Of a stretch of 64,000 nucleotides of DNA, positions 48,242 through 59,190 are shown piece after piece. This DNA comes from an uncultured Nitrospiraceae bacterium (GTDB lineage Bacteria > Nitrospirota > Thermodesulfovibrionia > Thermodesulfovibrionales > SM23-35): NCBI GenBank assembly GCA_937138415.1, contig CAKZPA010000040.1, positions 9 through 64,008 on the forward strand, written 5' to 3'. The first letter of the stretch is position 1. Each line of letters opens with the position of its first letter. A program made the position numbers and the translations under genes. Below the pieces are notes generated by a model that searched no databases, was not told the DNA's origin, and worked only from the letters and a program-made list of their open reading frames with translations.

Positions 48242-49873
48242 TCAGACCTCCGCGCCGACGAGGGTTTCACTCCACATATGGTCTTCGATCGCCTTAAGGA
48301 GAGGGCCGAAGGTCGAGGGATCGAGGGCGCAGATTGCAACGGCGTGGTAGCGGGAGAGCAGGTGTTCTTTCTCCTCTTCGTCGATCTTGTCGATCTTGTT
48401 GAGCACGAGGATCCTCGGCTTGTCGCCGAGGTGGAGTTCCCGGAGAATCGCTTCGACCGATTCCCGCTGCTGTTCGAGACGGGGACTGGAGGCGTCGACG
48501 AGATGGACGAGGAGGTCCGCGTCCTCGAGTTCTTCGAGCGTCGCCCTGAACGCGGCGAAGAGATCTTTCGGGAGATCGCGGATGAAACCGACCGTATCGG
48601 TCACGATAACGTCGCGTTCACGGGGGAATCGCAACCGGCGGCTCGCCGTATCGAGGGTCGCAAAGAACCTGTCTTCGACGAATACCGAACTCTGCGTGAG
48701 CGAATTGAGGAGCGTCGATTTCCCTGCATTCGTATATCCGATAATGGAAACGATCGGGAGGCCGGCCGCGATCCGGCGCCGCTTTCTCTGCTTGCGGGCT
48801 TCCCCGAGCGATCGCAGTTCGCGTTCGAGGAGGGCGATGCGGTCTCGTACCCGGCGCCTGTCGATTTCGAGCTTCATCTCACCGGGGCCCCTGCCGCCGA
48901 TCCCTCCCATGAGGCGCGACATCGCGCTCCCTTTTCCCGTCAAACGGGGGAGCCGATACTTCAGTTGAGCGAGTTCGACCTGCACTTTCCCGTCCCTGCT
49001 GTGGGCGCGACGCGCGAAGATGTCGAGGATGAGCTGGGAACGGTCGATGACTTTCAATTCGGTCATCTCGCTGATGGATTTGACCTGCGAAGGAGTGAGT
49101 TCCTGATCGAAGACGAGGATCGTCGCTCCTCTGCTGAGGGCGTTGATAACGAGTTCTTTGACTTTGCCCTCTCCCATGAGATATCGAGGGTTGATCTCTT
49201 TGGGCCTCTGAATCACGGTATCGAGGACGAGTAGGTCGCTCGAACGCGCGAGTTCTTCCAGTTCGGCAATCGACTCCTCCTGTTCGTATTTGGGCAGCTT
49301 CGAAACGCTGACGAGGATCGCCCGCTCTCTCCGGTCGCCGGGATGGAAATGCCTCCCCCGTTCCATCTGTTCTTCGAGAGATTCGATAAAGGGGATGAAG
49401 TCGAGTTCGAAGCGATGAAACTGCGGGCTTTCCAGGAGTTCGAACTGTTTGGCGCCATCCGGGAGGAGGTGCGCCGCGAAGAGAGTACCCGGGAGGCCGT
49501 CCCTGACGCCGATCGCTGCGACAATGTCCAGGCGGAGCAACGCGAGGTCCGTGAGGTCATCCTGGGTGAGGGGCTCCTCATGGAGATGCGTGTGAATCAG
49601 GCGCAGGCCCCGCAGCGCCTTTCTCCCGAGGGGATAGTCTTCGAGCGGCGGTATCACTATTGCTTTCGCATCCCCGACGATCACATGGGTGACCGTGCCT
49701 GCACGGCTCACGAGAATACCGATCTGACGATTGATCTCCTGCGAAAGCGAGACCAGATAGCGTGCAAGCTCGCTGCTGATCAACTCGTCGTGGAGCTTCC
49801 TCCGGTAGATCCGCTCGAGTGCGTGGAGATAACTGGTCTTGAGACCGGTCAGATTACCGTGGAGCGCTGGGAT
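48242..49873 (-). CDS. hflX: GTPase HflX (long form with N-terminal extension)
   Basis: LILDIFA, QVELAQL, GPGE, GYTNAGKS, DTVGFI, NKID. The open frame extends to 49873 (ATC) behind SD AGGAGG. Confidence 0.93.
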   Translation of the reverse strand: MPALHGNLTGLKTSYLHALERIYRRKLHDELISSELARYLVSLSQEINRQIGILVSRAGTVTHVIVGDAKAIVIPPLEDYPLGRKALRGLRLIHTHLHEEPLTQDDLTDLALLRLDIVAAIGVRDGLPGTLFAAHLLPDGAKQFELLESPQFHRFELDFIPFIESLEEQMERGRHFHPGDRRERAILVSVSKLPKYEQEESIAELEELARSSDLLVLDTVIQRPKEINPRYLMGEGKVKELVINALSRGATILVFDQELTPSQVKSISEMTELKVIDRSQLILDIFARRAHSRDGKVQVELAQLKYRLPRLTGKGSAMSRLMGGIGGRGPGEMKLEIDRRRVRDRIALLERELRSLGEARKQRKRRRIAAGLPIVSIIGYTNAGKSTLLNSLTQSSVFVEDRFFATLDTASRRLRFPRERDVIVTDTVGFIRDLPKDLFAAFRATLEELEDADLLVHLVDASSPRLEQQRESVEAILRELHLGDKPRILVLNKIDKIDEEEKEHLLSRYHAVAICALDPSTFGPLLKAIEDHMWSETLVGAEV

Positions 49874-50204
49874 GAAGTCCTCCTAACATCTTTTCCATCT
49901 TTGTTTTATTCTATCATAGGAAGCTCGCGAAGGTTCAGGGAGAGCGTCGGCAGGCGCATACGTGCCCACAATAGGAGAACCGGTATCGTCGAATACCTCA
50001 TCGACGCCACGGCGCGACGGGAGGCTTTTATGGCGCGACTCGTTTTGATGACGAGCGGATTCCTGTTGACGTTCATGATCCGTATCGTGGAAGGAGTCGT
50101 CGGTTAGCAGCTTATTTCATATATCCGGGTGAGTCGTCATGGTGTTTCTTCGGCATCCAGCCGTATCCTGACGTGTTGCGGACAACAGTGAGAAGGAGGA
50201 CCGT

Positions 50205-50753
50205 ATGAAAACCGTGAAGGAATGCGTGGTCGGCGAGACGACATTTCGCCTCGTGCAGGGCGACATAACCGAACGGGATGTGGACGCCATCGTCAATGCT
50301 GCCAATTCCCGCCTGCAGCACGGCGGTGGAGTCGCGGGCGCGATCGTCCGGAAAGGGGGACAGGTTATTCAGGAGGAGAGCGATGCGATCGGGTTCGTGC
50401 CTGTCGGTCAAGCGGCGATTACGGGAGCGGGAAGGCTCAGGGCAAGATTCGTCATCCACGCCGTCGGACCGAGAATGGGGGAAGGGGACGAAGATCGCAA
50501 GCTGAAGAGCGCCGTGCGAAGCAGTCTTCAGCTCGCTTCCGAGAAGGGTCTCACGAGCATCTCCCTCCCCGCCATCAGCGCGGGTATCTTCGGGTTTCCG
50601 AAGGACCGGTGTGCGGCGATCCTCGTTGCGGAAGCGGTGAGCTACGCGAGGGAGCATCCCGGTTCGAGTCTCGCTGTCGTCGAGTTCTGCGTTGTCGACG
50701 ACGAGACGGCCGGCTTTTTCGAGCGGGAGTTCGAAGGGATATGCGCACCGTGA
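50205..50753 (+). CDS. Macro domain protein (ADP-ribose binding/hydrolase)
   Basis: GDIT...DAIVNAAN..L.HGGGVAGAI, VIHAVGP, PAISAGIFGFP. Confidence 0.94.
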   Translation: MKTVKECVVGETTFRLVQGDITERDVDAIVNAANSRLQHGGGVAGAIVRKGGQVIQEESDAIGFVPVGQAAITGAGRLRARFVIHAVGPRMGEGDEDRKLKSAVRSSLQLASEKGLTSISLPAISAGIFGFPKDRCAAILVAEAVSYAREHPGSSLAVVEFCVVDDETAGFFEREFEGICAP

Positions 50754-50803
50754 CGGTTGGTGGGGCATGCGTGCCCGGTGCTCGGGCGTCGCGTGCGCAC
50801 GAT

Positions 50804-50835
50804 AAAAAAGGGGCAGGAACTTCCCGCCCCTTTTT
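50804..50835. terminator. Bidirectional terminator between convergent macro-domain gene and atpE
   Basis: A6-GGGGC...GCCCC-T5 hairpin. Confidence 0.8.
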
Positions 50836-50853
50836 CTTCGAAGAGAGATCGTC

Positions 50854-51210
50854 CTACTGGAGGAGTTTTCCGAACGGGTTCACGAAGATCAGGATGAGGA
50901 CGACGACGAGGGCGTAAATCGCGAGGGACTCGATCATCGCGAGACCGATGATGAGGGTCGTCGTGATCTTTCCGGATGCTCCCGGATTCCTTGCCACGCC
51001 TTCGCACGCGCCACCCAGACCGGTACCCATACCGATACCCGTCCCGAGAGCGGCGAGCCCCATGCCAACAGCGCATCCGAGGGCTGCCAGTGCGTAGTAG
51101 AGAATGTTCGATGTCGCTTTCGGAGCTGCTGCTTCCTCCGCGAAGCATACGGGCGCGAGGACGACGATGAGTGCGACTGCCAGAAGAACAGCGGTCACAG
51201 ACTTCTTCAT
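50854..51210 (-). CDS. atpE: ATP synthase F0 subunit c
   Basis: GxGxG helix, ARNP loop, IESLAIY; N-terminal extension. Confidence 0.96.
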   Translation of the reverse strand: MKKSVTAVLLAVALIVVLAPVCFAEEAAAPKATSNILYYALAALGCAVGMGLAALGTGIGMGTGLGGACEGVARNPGASGKITTTLIIGLAMIESLAIYALVVVLILIFVNPFGKLLQ

Positions 51211-51243
51211 TCCTCTCTTCCTCCTTTCATAGAAGTATGGTAA

Positions 51244-51936
51244 TTAATGTGCCTCTTCAACGGCACCAGCGAAATAGCATGTCGTGAGCAGGGTGAAAAC
51301 GAGCGCTTGGACGACGCTCACCAGGAGACCGAGGCCGAGAATGACCGATGGAATGACTGCAGGAGCGATAATACCGAGAACGAGGAGGAGGATGTGTTTT
51401 CCCGTCATGTTCCCGAAGAGCCGGACGGTCAGCGTGAGCGGACGGACAAAATGACCGATGATTTCGATAAAGAACATCATGATCATGAGGGGCAGGCCGG
51501 CGAGGGAGCGGATCGGCCCGAGGAAGTGATTGATGTAGTGCACGCCGTGAACTTTCATCCCGTAGTAATGGTAGGTCAGGAAAACAGGGACCGCCATGGC
51601 GGCGTTCGTGTTGACGTTAGCCGTCGCCGCGGTGAAGCCCGGCACAAGTCCGAGGAGATTCGCAACGAGGATGAAGAGGAATATCGTGCAGATGAACGGA
51701 AAGAGCGATCGGCTCCACTTGTGTCCGATCGTATCGTCGACCAGTTTGAGGATCTGTTCGATGATCAGCTCCATGAAATTCTGGAACCCTCGCGGCACAA
51801 GGCGCAGGGATCCCTTCACGACGAGGGCAGCGATGATGAGCAGGATGGAGACGAGAAATGCATGGGTGACGTTATGGGGGATGTCGTCCGGATTCACGAT
51901 GACATCCATCAGCAGTACTTCGTGCAAACCTTCCAT
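51244..51936 (-). CDS. atpB: ATP synthase F0 subunit a
   Basis: ANLLGLVPG and RPLTLTVRLFGNM...QALVF..LT..Y motifs. Confidence 0.96.
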   Translation of the reverse strand: MEGLHEVLLMDVIVNPDDIPHNVTHAFLVSILLIIAALVVKGSLRLVPRGFQNFMELIIEQILKLVDDTIGHKWSRSLFPFICTIFLFILVANLLGLVPGFTAATANVNTNAAMAVPVFLTYHYYGMKVHGVHYINHFLGPIRSLAGLPLMIMMFFIEIIGHFVRPLTLTVRLFGNMTGKHILLLVLGIIAPAVIPSVILGLGLLVSVVQALVFTLLTTCYFAGAVEEAH

Positions 51937-51965
51937 GGGGGCCTCCTGATCAAAAAAGTGTCGTT

Positions 51966-51994
51966 ATAATACATGACCCCAAACGAAATGTCAA
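51966..51994 (-). promoter_or_regulatory. Sigma-70 promoter of atpBE
   Basis: Minus strand TTGACA, 17-bp spacer ending in TG, TATTAT. Confidence 0.75.
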
Positions 51995-52026
51995 CAGGCG
52001 ATAAGGGCGCAAAGAAATTGGATTTT

Positions 52027-52341
52027 TTACCTCTCCATCGCAGGGGAAATACCCGGATCAAGCATGTAGGCCGCCTGAAAGTATCTCAATGCTTCGGCGT
52101 GCCTTTTCTGCTTGTAAAGCGCGTAACCGAGAAGATAGTACGCCGAAGGATCGGGTTTCTTCTCCACGTGTTCCTTGAGCAGGTGGACAGCGGTCTTGAA
52201 ATCTCCTTTCTTGTACGACGCGACGGCCATACTGAAGGACGCGTCGTCTGCGAGGAGGAAGGCCGGGGTGAGCAGGATGCAGATGACGATAGCCGGTATC
52301 CCATATCGCGTGCTCCTCTTTACGATCCCCATAGTCATCAC
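52027..52341 (-). CDS. Small exported TPR protein
   Basis: Signal-peptide-like N-terminus; AYYLLGYALYK TPR repeat. Confidence 0.78.
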   Translation of the reverse strand: MMTMGIVKRSTRYGIPAIVICILLTPAFLLADDASFSMAVASYKKGDFKTAVHLLKEHVEKKPDPSAYYLLGYALYKQKRHAEALRYFQAAYMLDPGISPAMER

Positions 52342-52344
52342 CTC

Positions 52345-54654
52345 CTAATCGAAGTTGAGATTGGTTTCTGTTTCCTTCGCTCGTGGTGCGGAAAGCGATG
52401 GCGAATACTGATTCGGTGCGGTTCCTTCCCTGAAATATTCACGAACGCCTGATACCTCATCGTGCGCGAGGAGGCCCGTCGACGGATCGATCGTGCAGGC
52501 GACGATGCCGTCCGGAACGGCGAATTCCTCCGGCGGTCCGCTGACGACATCTTTCATAAAGCGCACCCAGATCGGCGACGCGGCCCGCGCTCCTGTCTCG
52601 AGGGAACCGAGAGATCGCGTATCGTCGAAGCCCACCCATACCGCAGCGGTCAGATGCGCCGTATAGCCCACGAACCAGGCGTCACGGTATTCATTGGTTG
52701 TTCCCGTTTTGCCCGCGACCGGTCTCCCGAGTGCCTTGGCCCTCCACCCCGTTCCGCGCCGCACGACATCTTCCATCATTGACGTTATGAGGAATGCCGT
52801 CGCGGAGCTGATGACCTGTTCCGCCTCGGGTTCGTTATCCTCGATCACCGTTCCCTGCGCGTCCAGAACGTATTTCACGGCGATCGGCTTGACTTTGAGG
52901 CCGCCGTTCGCGAACACGCAGTACGTGAGAGCGAGTTCGAGCGGCGTGACGCTCAGCGATCCGAGCGCGAGGGTCAGGTTTCTCGGCAATTCTCCCTGAA
53001 TGCCGACCGTCCGCGCGAAATCTAAAACCTTCTGAACGCCGACGGCATCCACCAGCTTGACGGTGACGACGTTCCGCGAATATGCCAGCGCATCGCGCAG
53101 TGTCGTCGGCCCGTAGTATGTGCGGTCCGCGTTCTCCGGCGACCAGGTGCCGCCGCCGGCGCCGGGATACGTGACCGGTTCGTCGACGATGATGGTCGCG
53201 GGGGTGAAGCCGCTGTCGATCGCTGCCGCGTAGATGATCGGTTTGAATGCGGAACCCGGCTGGCGCCGCGCGTAGAGGACTCTATTGTAATCGCTCTTGA
53301 CGAAGTCGTATCCGCCGATCATTGCACGAATGTAACCGGTATCGTGGTCGATTGCGACGAGCGACGCTTCCGCTTCCGGTTCCTGTTCGAGAGCGAGCCG
53401 CACCGCTGACCCCTTAATGCTCTTAATGCTCACTTTGACAACGTCGCCCGGCTTCAGGATCTGCGCCAGCGTGAACGGCTTTAGCGTGCGTGTCGCACCG
53501 CTGCGGGGGTCTATCACCTTCGAGGCCCACTGCGCGTCGTCGATGCTGAGTTTCCCGGTGATTCCTTTGACCTTGACGATTGCTTCCCGTTCCTGCACTT
53601 TCAGTACGATACCGCTCGAGAGATCGCCGGGGTTCGTGACGACGATGGATGACGATTCAGGATTCTTGAGTTCGCGCGCGACATCGATGTCCTTTTTGTG
53701 GTCGATCGGACCGCGCCAACCCCTTCGTTTGTCGAGATCGCGGAGACCCTCCTGCACTGCTCGTGCCGCTGCAATCTGTGCCTGACGATCGAGCGTCGTA
53801 TAGACGCGGAGGCCCCCCTTATAGACTGTCTCGACGCCGTACTTGTCCTCGAGATATTTGCGGACGTACTCGACGAAGTAATTGTGCGCCTCGAGACCCT
53901 TTCTCTTGCTCGAGAGGTAGACGGGCTGTTTGAGCGCATGGTCTCGCTCCGCCGGAGTGAGATACCCTTCCTCGACCATGCGGCTGAGGACGATCTTCTG
54001 GCGGTCGCGGGCCCTCGAGAGGTTATTGAACGGCGAGTAGAGGGTGGGGGCCTTAATGAGGCCGGCGATAATGGCAGCTTCCGAGAGAGACAGTTCTCTG
54101 ACCGTCTTCCCGAAGTACGTTCGGGCTGCCATTTCGACACCGTAGGCGCCGTGCCCGAAATAGATTTTGTTGAGGTAGAGTTCCAGAATTTCTCCCTTGG
54201 TGAGGTTCTTCTCCATCTTGACGGCGAGAGCCGCCTCGCGTATCTTCCTCTGAAGCGTCTTCTCGGGAGTGAGGAAGACCACTTTAGCGAGCTGCTGGGT
54301 GATCGTGCTGCCGCCCTCTTTCAGTTCGACATGGATGATATCTTTGATGAGGGCCCTCGCGATGGCGACGTAGTCGATTCCCTTGTGCTTCCAGAAACGC
54401 GCGTCTTCGACCGCGATGACGGCGTCGATCATGTGCCGTGGAATGCTCTGGAGAGGCACGAAGATCCCCTTGTCGACCTTGAGTTCGCCGATGAGCACGT
54501 CGTCGTCTGCGTAAATCTGCGTGCCGGCCGTCGGTTTCCGCTGTTTGATGTCCTCGATGGAAGGGATTCCCATGCTGTACGCGGCGAGACCGCCGGCGGA
54601 TATGCCGGCGAGGATGGCGGCGAGAGCGATGACGAGAATGATGCGGCGGCTCAT
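52345..54654 (-). CDS. Penicillin-binding protein 1A (class A PBP)
   Basis: EDARF..H.G, GGSTITQQ, RQPGSAFKP (SxxK), SRN and KTGT motifs. Confidence 0.96.
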   Translation of the reverse strand: MSRRIILVIALAAILAGISAGGLAAYSMGIPSIEDIKQRKPTAGTQIYADDDVLIGELKVDKGIFVPLQSIPRHMIDAVIAVEDARFWKHKGIDYVAIARALIKDIIHVELKEGGSTITQQLAKVVFLTPEKTLQRKIREAALAVKMEKNLTKGEILELYLNKIYFGHGAYGVEMAARTYFGKTVRELSLSEAAIIAGLIKAPTLYSPFNNLSRARDRQKIVLSRMVEEGYLTPAERDHALKQPVYLSSKRKGLEAHNYFVEYVRKYLEDKYGVETVYKGGLRVYTTLDRQAQIAAARAVQEGLRDLDKRRGWRGPIDHKKDIDVARELKNPESSSIVVTNPGDLSSGIVLKVQEREAIVKVKGITGKLSIDDAQWASKVIDPRSGATRTLKPFTLAQILKPGDVVKVSIKSIKGSAVRLALEQEPEAEASLVAIDHDTGYIRAMIGGYDFVKSDYNRVLYARRQPGSAFKPIIYAAAIDSGFTPATIIVDEPVTYPGAGGGTWSPENADRTYYGPTTLRDALAYSRNVVTVKLVDAVGVQKVLDFARTVGIQGELPRNLTLALGSLSVTPLELALTYCVFANGGLKVKPIAVKYVLDAQGTVIEDNEPEAEQVISSATAFLITSMMEDVVRRGTGWRAKALGRPVAGKTGTTNEYRDAWFVGYTAHLTAAVWVGFDDTRSLGSLETGARAASPIWVRFMKDVVSGPPEEFAVPDGIVACTIDPSTGLLAHDEVSGVREYFREGTAPNQYSPSLSAPRAKETETNLNFD

Positions 54655-54779
54655 ACTGTTACCAATTATACTCTCGCGGAAAAAGGACTGTCAAAGGATC
54701 GGGAGCGGGATATGTGCGTGTCGTTTCGCGTTTTTCCGGCGATTGACTAAAAAAGAAGCGTGGGGGTAATATCTCTATT

Positions 54780-57700
54780 ATGTTCCAACACGCGGACTAC
54801 GTTCCCCTCCACCTCCATTCAGAGTACAGCCTTCTTGACGGTGCGATTCGGCTCAGGGAACTCGTCGACGAGGCGGCCGCGCACAAAATGCCCGCGGTGG
54901 CCGTGACGGATCATGGGAACCTCTTCGGTGCGATCGAATTCTACCGACTGGCGACGAAGGCGGGAATAAAGCCGATCATCGGCTGCGAGGTGTACGTGGC
55001 GCCGGGGAGCCGTTTCGAGAAGCGGCACGGCCACGAGGATACGTCCTACCATCTCGTTCTCCTCGCGCAGGATAACCGGGGCTACCGGAATCTCGTGACG
55101 CTCGTCACGAAGGCCTATACCGAAGGGTTCTACTACAAGCCGAGAATTGACGACGACCTGCTCGAGCAGTACTCGGGCGGGCTCATCGGACTCACATCGT
55201 GCTTGAAGGGTGAAATCCCGGTGTTCCTGCAGCGGGGAATGGTCGAGCGGGCGCGGGAGAAAGCGCTTAAGTACAAGCATATCCTCGGACCGGAGAATTT
55301 TTACATCGAACTGCAGGACAACGGGTTGGCGGAGCAAGAGTTGCTAAACCGTCAGCTCTATGATCTTGCGAATGACCTCCACATAGGCATCGTCGCGACG
55401 AACGACTGTCACTACATGAAGCGGGAGGACGCACGCGCACACGACATTTTGCTGTGCATTCAAACCGGAAAGACGATCAACGAAAAAGAACGCATGCGAA
55501 TGGGGTCGGATGGGTTTTACTTCAAGTCGCCCGATGAGATGAAACGCGCGTTCCAGGAACTCCCGGAGGCGATTCGCGCGACGAGGGCGATTGCCGAACG
55601 GTGCAGCGTCGAGTTTACGCTCGGGGCGAATCTCCTGCCGAAATATCCGCTCGAGGGAAAGTCGCCCGACGCGTTCCTCGAGGAGCTGGCGCGCGCCGGC
55701 TTGGAGCGCAGACTCGGCGGCGCGGCGAATGAGCTCTACCGGAAGCGACTCGACAGTGAGATCGACATTATCAGGAAGATGGACTACGCGTCGTACTTCC
55801 TCATCGTGTGGGATTTCATCCGCTTCGCGAAGGAACAGGGCATTCCCGTCGGCCCCGGCAGGGGGTCGGCAGCGGGCAGTCTGGTATCCTACTGTCTTGG
55901 CATAACGGACCTTGATCCGGTGAAGTACAATCTCCTCTTCGAGCGGTTTCTGAATCCGGAGAGGATCAGCATGCCCGATATCGATGTGGACTTTTGCAAG
56001 GACAGACGGTCGGAAGTGATCGCGTATGTCGCGGACAAATACGGAAAGGACCGTGTCGCGCAAATCATCACATTCGGGACGATGGCGGCGAAGGCGGCGA
56101 TACGGGACGTCGGGAGGGCGTTGGACATGCCTTACGCGGAGGTCGACCGGATCGCGAAGCTGATTCCGGGCACGCTGCACATCACGCTCGCGGAGGCGGT
56201 CCAGTCGGACGCGCAGCTCAAGGCACTCTACGAGAGCAGTCCGCGGATTCGGGATCTCGTCGACACGGCGATGCGCCTGGAAGGGCTCTGCCGGCACGCA
56301 TCGACGCACGCCGCGGGGGTGGTCATCTCTCCGGTGCCGTTGACGGAGTACACGCCGCTCTACCGAAATCCGGCGGACGGTTCGATCATGACGCAATTCG
56401 ACATGGTATCGATCGAACGGATCGGCCTTCTGAAATTCGACTTTCTCGGATTGAAGACGCTCACCGTGATCAATAAGACGCTCACGTACATCAAGGAGAA
56501 CGGAGGCGACTGCTCCCTCCACGATATGTCGTTCGATGACGCGAAAACGTATGAGCTGCTCAGTTCCGGCAACACGACGGGCATATTCCAGCTCGAGAGC
56601 GCGGGGATGCGCGACCTCCTCGTCAAGATATCGCCGAGCAGATTCGAGGATCTCATCGCGATCGTCGCTCTGTACAGGCCCGGTCCCATGGGGAGCGGCA
56701 TGATCGATGAGTTTATCAAGCGGAAGAAGGGGAAAATACCCGTCAAGTATGCGCTTCCGCAACTTAAGGACATTCTCGACGAAACGTATGGCGTCATCCT
56801 CTACCAGGAACAGGTGATGAGAATCGCGAACACCCTCGCCAACTTTACGATGGGACAGGCCGACATTCTCAGGAAAGCGATGGGAAAGAAGAAACCGGAA
56901 GAGATGGAGAAACAGAAGGAGACGTTCATACAGGGAGCCGTTGCCAACGGCATTCCCGAACGGAAAGCGCTGCGCATCTTCGATCTCATGGCCTATTTCG
57001 CGGAATACGGGTTCAACAAATCCCACTCCGCAGCCTATGCGTACGTCGCCTACCAGACCGCGTATCTCAAGGCGCATTACCCTGTGGAGTTCATGGCGGC
57101 AACGCTGAGCGCCGATATGGACAACACGGACAAGATCGTCAAGGGGATCGCCGGATGCCGGGAGATGGGAATAGAGATTTTGCCGCCTGACATAAATCTT
57201 TCGGGGAAGGAGTTCACGGTCGTCGGCGGATCGATTCGTTTCGGCCTCGAGGCGGTGAAGGGCGTCGGTTCGGCTGCCATCGAGTCGATCATCGAGACGC
57301 GCGAAGCGACCGGACCGTTTCGTTCGGTTGACGATTTCCTGGGACGCATTGACCAGCGCAAGGTGAACAGGAAGGTCGTCGAAGGTCTCATTAAGGCGGG
57401 TGCATTCGACTCGATCGCCGCATCGCGTGCACGGGCGATGGAAGACGCGACGGCGGTCCTCGGGGACGGACCCAGGGGTCACGCGGGGAGGATCCCGGGA
57501 CAGCCGAGCATTTTTGGGGATATGGACGGACCGGATGCGCAGGGCATCACCGAGTGGTGCGAGGACGAACTGCTCAAATATGAAAAGGAGTCCCTCGGAT
57601 TCTATATCACCGGTCATCCGCTGACGAAGTACGCGGCTCTATTGAGCAAGGTCGGGACGAAGAGAATTCCGGAACTCGAAGAAATGGATGACGGCGCGGA

Positions 57701-58190
57701 GGTGAAGATCGCGGGCATTCTCACGGCCGTTCGAAAGCTGCAGACGAAGTCGAAATCGGGGATCATGGCGTACTGTACGCTCGAAGATCCCGAGGCGAAC
57801 ATCGAGGTCCTCGTTTTTCCCGAACTGTACACATCGAGCATCGCGATCCTCCAGAAGGATTTCCCGCTGCTCGTGCGCGGCACGATTGACCGGACCGAAA
57901 AGGGTGTCAAGATCGTCGCGAACGAGATTTCGCGGGTGACCGATCTCGAGGCGGCCCAGGCGAGAAAGGCGGAGTTGATTCTCCGTCTGCCGCTGCCGGA
58001 CGCCATGCACCTGAGGACGCTCTGTTCTCTCGTAAAATCCGATACCTCGGGTCTCTATCCGCTCTACCTGCGCGTCAGGCTGCGGGACACGGAGACGTTA
58101 ATCGAGACGAGCATGAAGATATCGAGCAACGCAGATCTCATCACGCGGATCGAAGCGATTGCCGGCAAAGGGGCGGTCGTTTTCCAATGA
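54780..58190 (+). CDS. dnaE: DNA polymerase III subunit alpha
   Basis: [42 protein letters not shown]; no intein. Confidence 0.98.
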   Translation: MFQHADYVPLHLHSEYSLLDGAIRLRELVDEAAAHKMPAVAVTDHGNLFGAIEFYRLATKAGIKPIIGCEVYVAPGSRFEKRHGHEDTSYHLVLLAQDNRGYRNLVTLVTKAYTEGFYYKPRIDDDLLEQYSGGLIGLTSCLKGEIPVFLQRGMVERAREKALKYKHILGPENFYIELQDNGLAEQELLNRQLYDLANDLHIGIVATNDCHYMKREDARAHDILLCIQTGKTINEKERMRMGSDGFYFKSPDEMKRAFQELPEAIRATRAIAERCSVEFTLGANLLPKYPLEGKSPDAFLEELARAGLERRLGGAANELYRKRLDSEIDIIRKMDYASYFLIVWDFIRFAKEQGIPVGPGRGSAAGSLVSYCLGITDLDPVKYNLLFERFLNPERISMPDIDVDFCKDRRSEVIAYVADKYGKDRVAQIITFGTMAAKAAIRDVGRALDMPYAEVDRIAKLIPGTLHITLAEAVQSDAQLKALYESSPRIRDLVDTAMRLEGLCRHASTHAAGVVISPVPLTEYTPLYRNPADGSIMTQFDMVSIERIGLLKFDFLGLKTLTVINKTLTYIKENGGDCSLHDMSFDDAKTYELLSSGNTTGIFQLESAGMRDLLVKISPSRFEDLIAIVALYRPGPMGSGMIDEFIKRKKGKIPVKYALPQLKDILDETYGVILYQEQVMRIANTLANFTMGQADILRKAMGKKKPEEMEKQKETFIQGAVANGIPERKALRIFDLMAYFAEYGFNKSHSAAYAYVAYQTAYLKAHYPVEFMAATLSADMDNTDKIVKGIAGCREMGIEILPPDINLSGKEFTVVGGSIRFGLEAVKGVGSAAIESIIETREATGPFRSVDDFLGRIDQRKVNRKVVEGLIKAGAFDSIAASRARAMEDATAVLGDGPRGHAGRIPGQPSIFGDMDGPDAQGITEWCEDELLKYEKESLGFYITGHPLTKYAALLSKVGTKRIPELEEMDDGAEVKIAGILTAVRKLQTKSKSGIMAYCTLEDPEANIEVLVFPELYTSSIAILQKDFPLLVRGTIDRTEKGVKIVANEISRVTDLEAAQARKAELILRLPLPDAMHLRTLCSLVKSDTSGLYPLYLRVRLRDTETLIETSMKISSNADLITRIEAIAGKGAVVFQ

Positions 58191-59167
58191 TACGGTATTA
58201 CCTCGAATTCGAGAAACCCATCGAAGAGCTGGAACTCAAGATCGAGGAGCTGAAACGGGTCTCCGACGGCAAGGATATTGACATATCGGGGGAGATCAGG
58301 AAGCTCGAGAAGAAGGTCAGAGACCTCCGCACGGAGATCTTCACTTCTCTCACCCCGTGGCAGAAGACCCTCCTCGCGCGGCATCCCGACAGGCCGTACA
58401 CGCTGGATTACGTGAGCATGATGATGACGGACTTCGTCCAACTGCACGGGGACAGACGGTTCGGGGACGACCCCGCCATCGTCGCGGGTCTTGCGAAGTT
58501 CCGCGAGACGCCGATTGCCGTGGCCGGACATCAGAAGGGACGCGGTACGAAAGAGCGGATCTTTCGCAACTTCGGGCAGCCTCAGCCAGAAGGATACCGG
58601 AAGGCGCTCAGGGTGATGAAGCTCGCGGAGCGCTTCGGGCGATCCGTGGTGACGTTCATCGATACGCCGGGTGCGTTTCCGGGAATCGGTGCCGAGGAGA
58701 GAGGGCAGGGGGAGGCAATCGCGGTGAACCTCATGGAGATGTCGCGCCTGAAGACGCCGATTGTCTCGTTCGTGATCGGCGAAGGCGGGAGCGGCGGCGC
58801 GCTGGCGCTCGGTGTTGCGGATCGGATCTATATGCTGGAGCACGCCTGCTATTCGGTCATCTCGCCGGAAGGGTGCGCCGCGATCCTTTGGAAGAAAGAG
58901 GGTGATCTCGGTGCCCCCGATTTTTCGAAGGCGGCGGATGCCCTGAAACTGACGGCACAGGACTTGTTGAACTTCAAGATCATCGACGGCATCATCCCCG
59001 AGCCGCACGGCGGGGCGCACCGCGATCCGGAGGAGACCGCGAGGAGTGTCGCCGAATATCTCGCGTCTGCGCTCGACGAGTTGAAGGGCAAGACGGCGGC
59101 GAAGCTTCTCGAGGAGCGTTACAGGAGATTCCGGCGGATCGGGAGCTTCATGGAAGAGGTGGAATAG
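58187..59167 (+). CDS. accA: Acetyl-CoA carboxylase carboxyltransferase alpha subunit
   Basis: [32 protein letters not shown]. Confidence 0.98.
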   Translation: MIRYYLEFEKPIEELELKIEELKRVSDGKDIDISGEIRKLEKKVRDLRTEIFTSLTPWQKTLLARHPDRPYTLDYVSMMMTDFVQLHGDRRFGDDPAIVAGLAKFRETPIAVAGHQKGRGTKERIFRNFGQPQPEGYRKALRVMKLAERFGRSVVTFIDTPGAFPGIGAEERGQGEAIAVNLMEMSRLKTPIVSFVIGEGGSGGALALGVADRIYMLEHACYSVISPEGCAAILWKKEGDLGAPDFSKAADALKLTAQDLLNFKIIDGIIPEPHGGAHRDPEETARSVAEYLASALDELKGKTAAKLLEERYRRFRRIGSFMEEVE

Positions 59168-59190
59168 GAGCGCGGCCTCCGGCATCTCCA

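Noticed and set aside
25269-58190. Inteins in dnaB or dnaE
   Set aside because: Both have normal lengths (455 and 1136 aa) and no splice-junction motifs.
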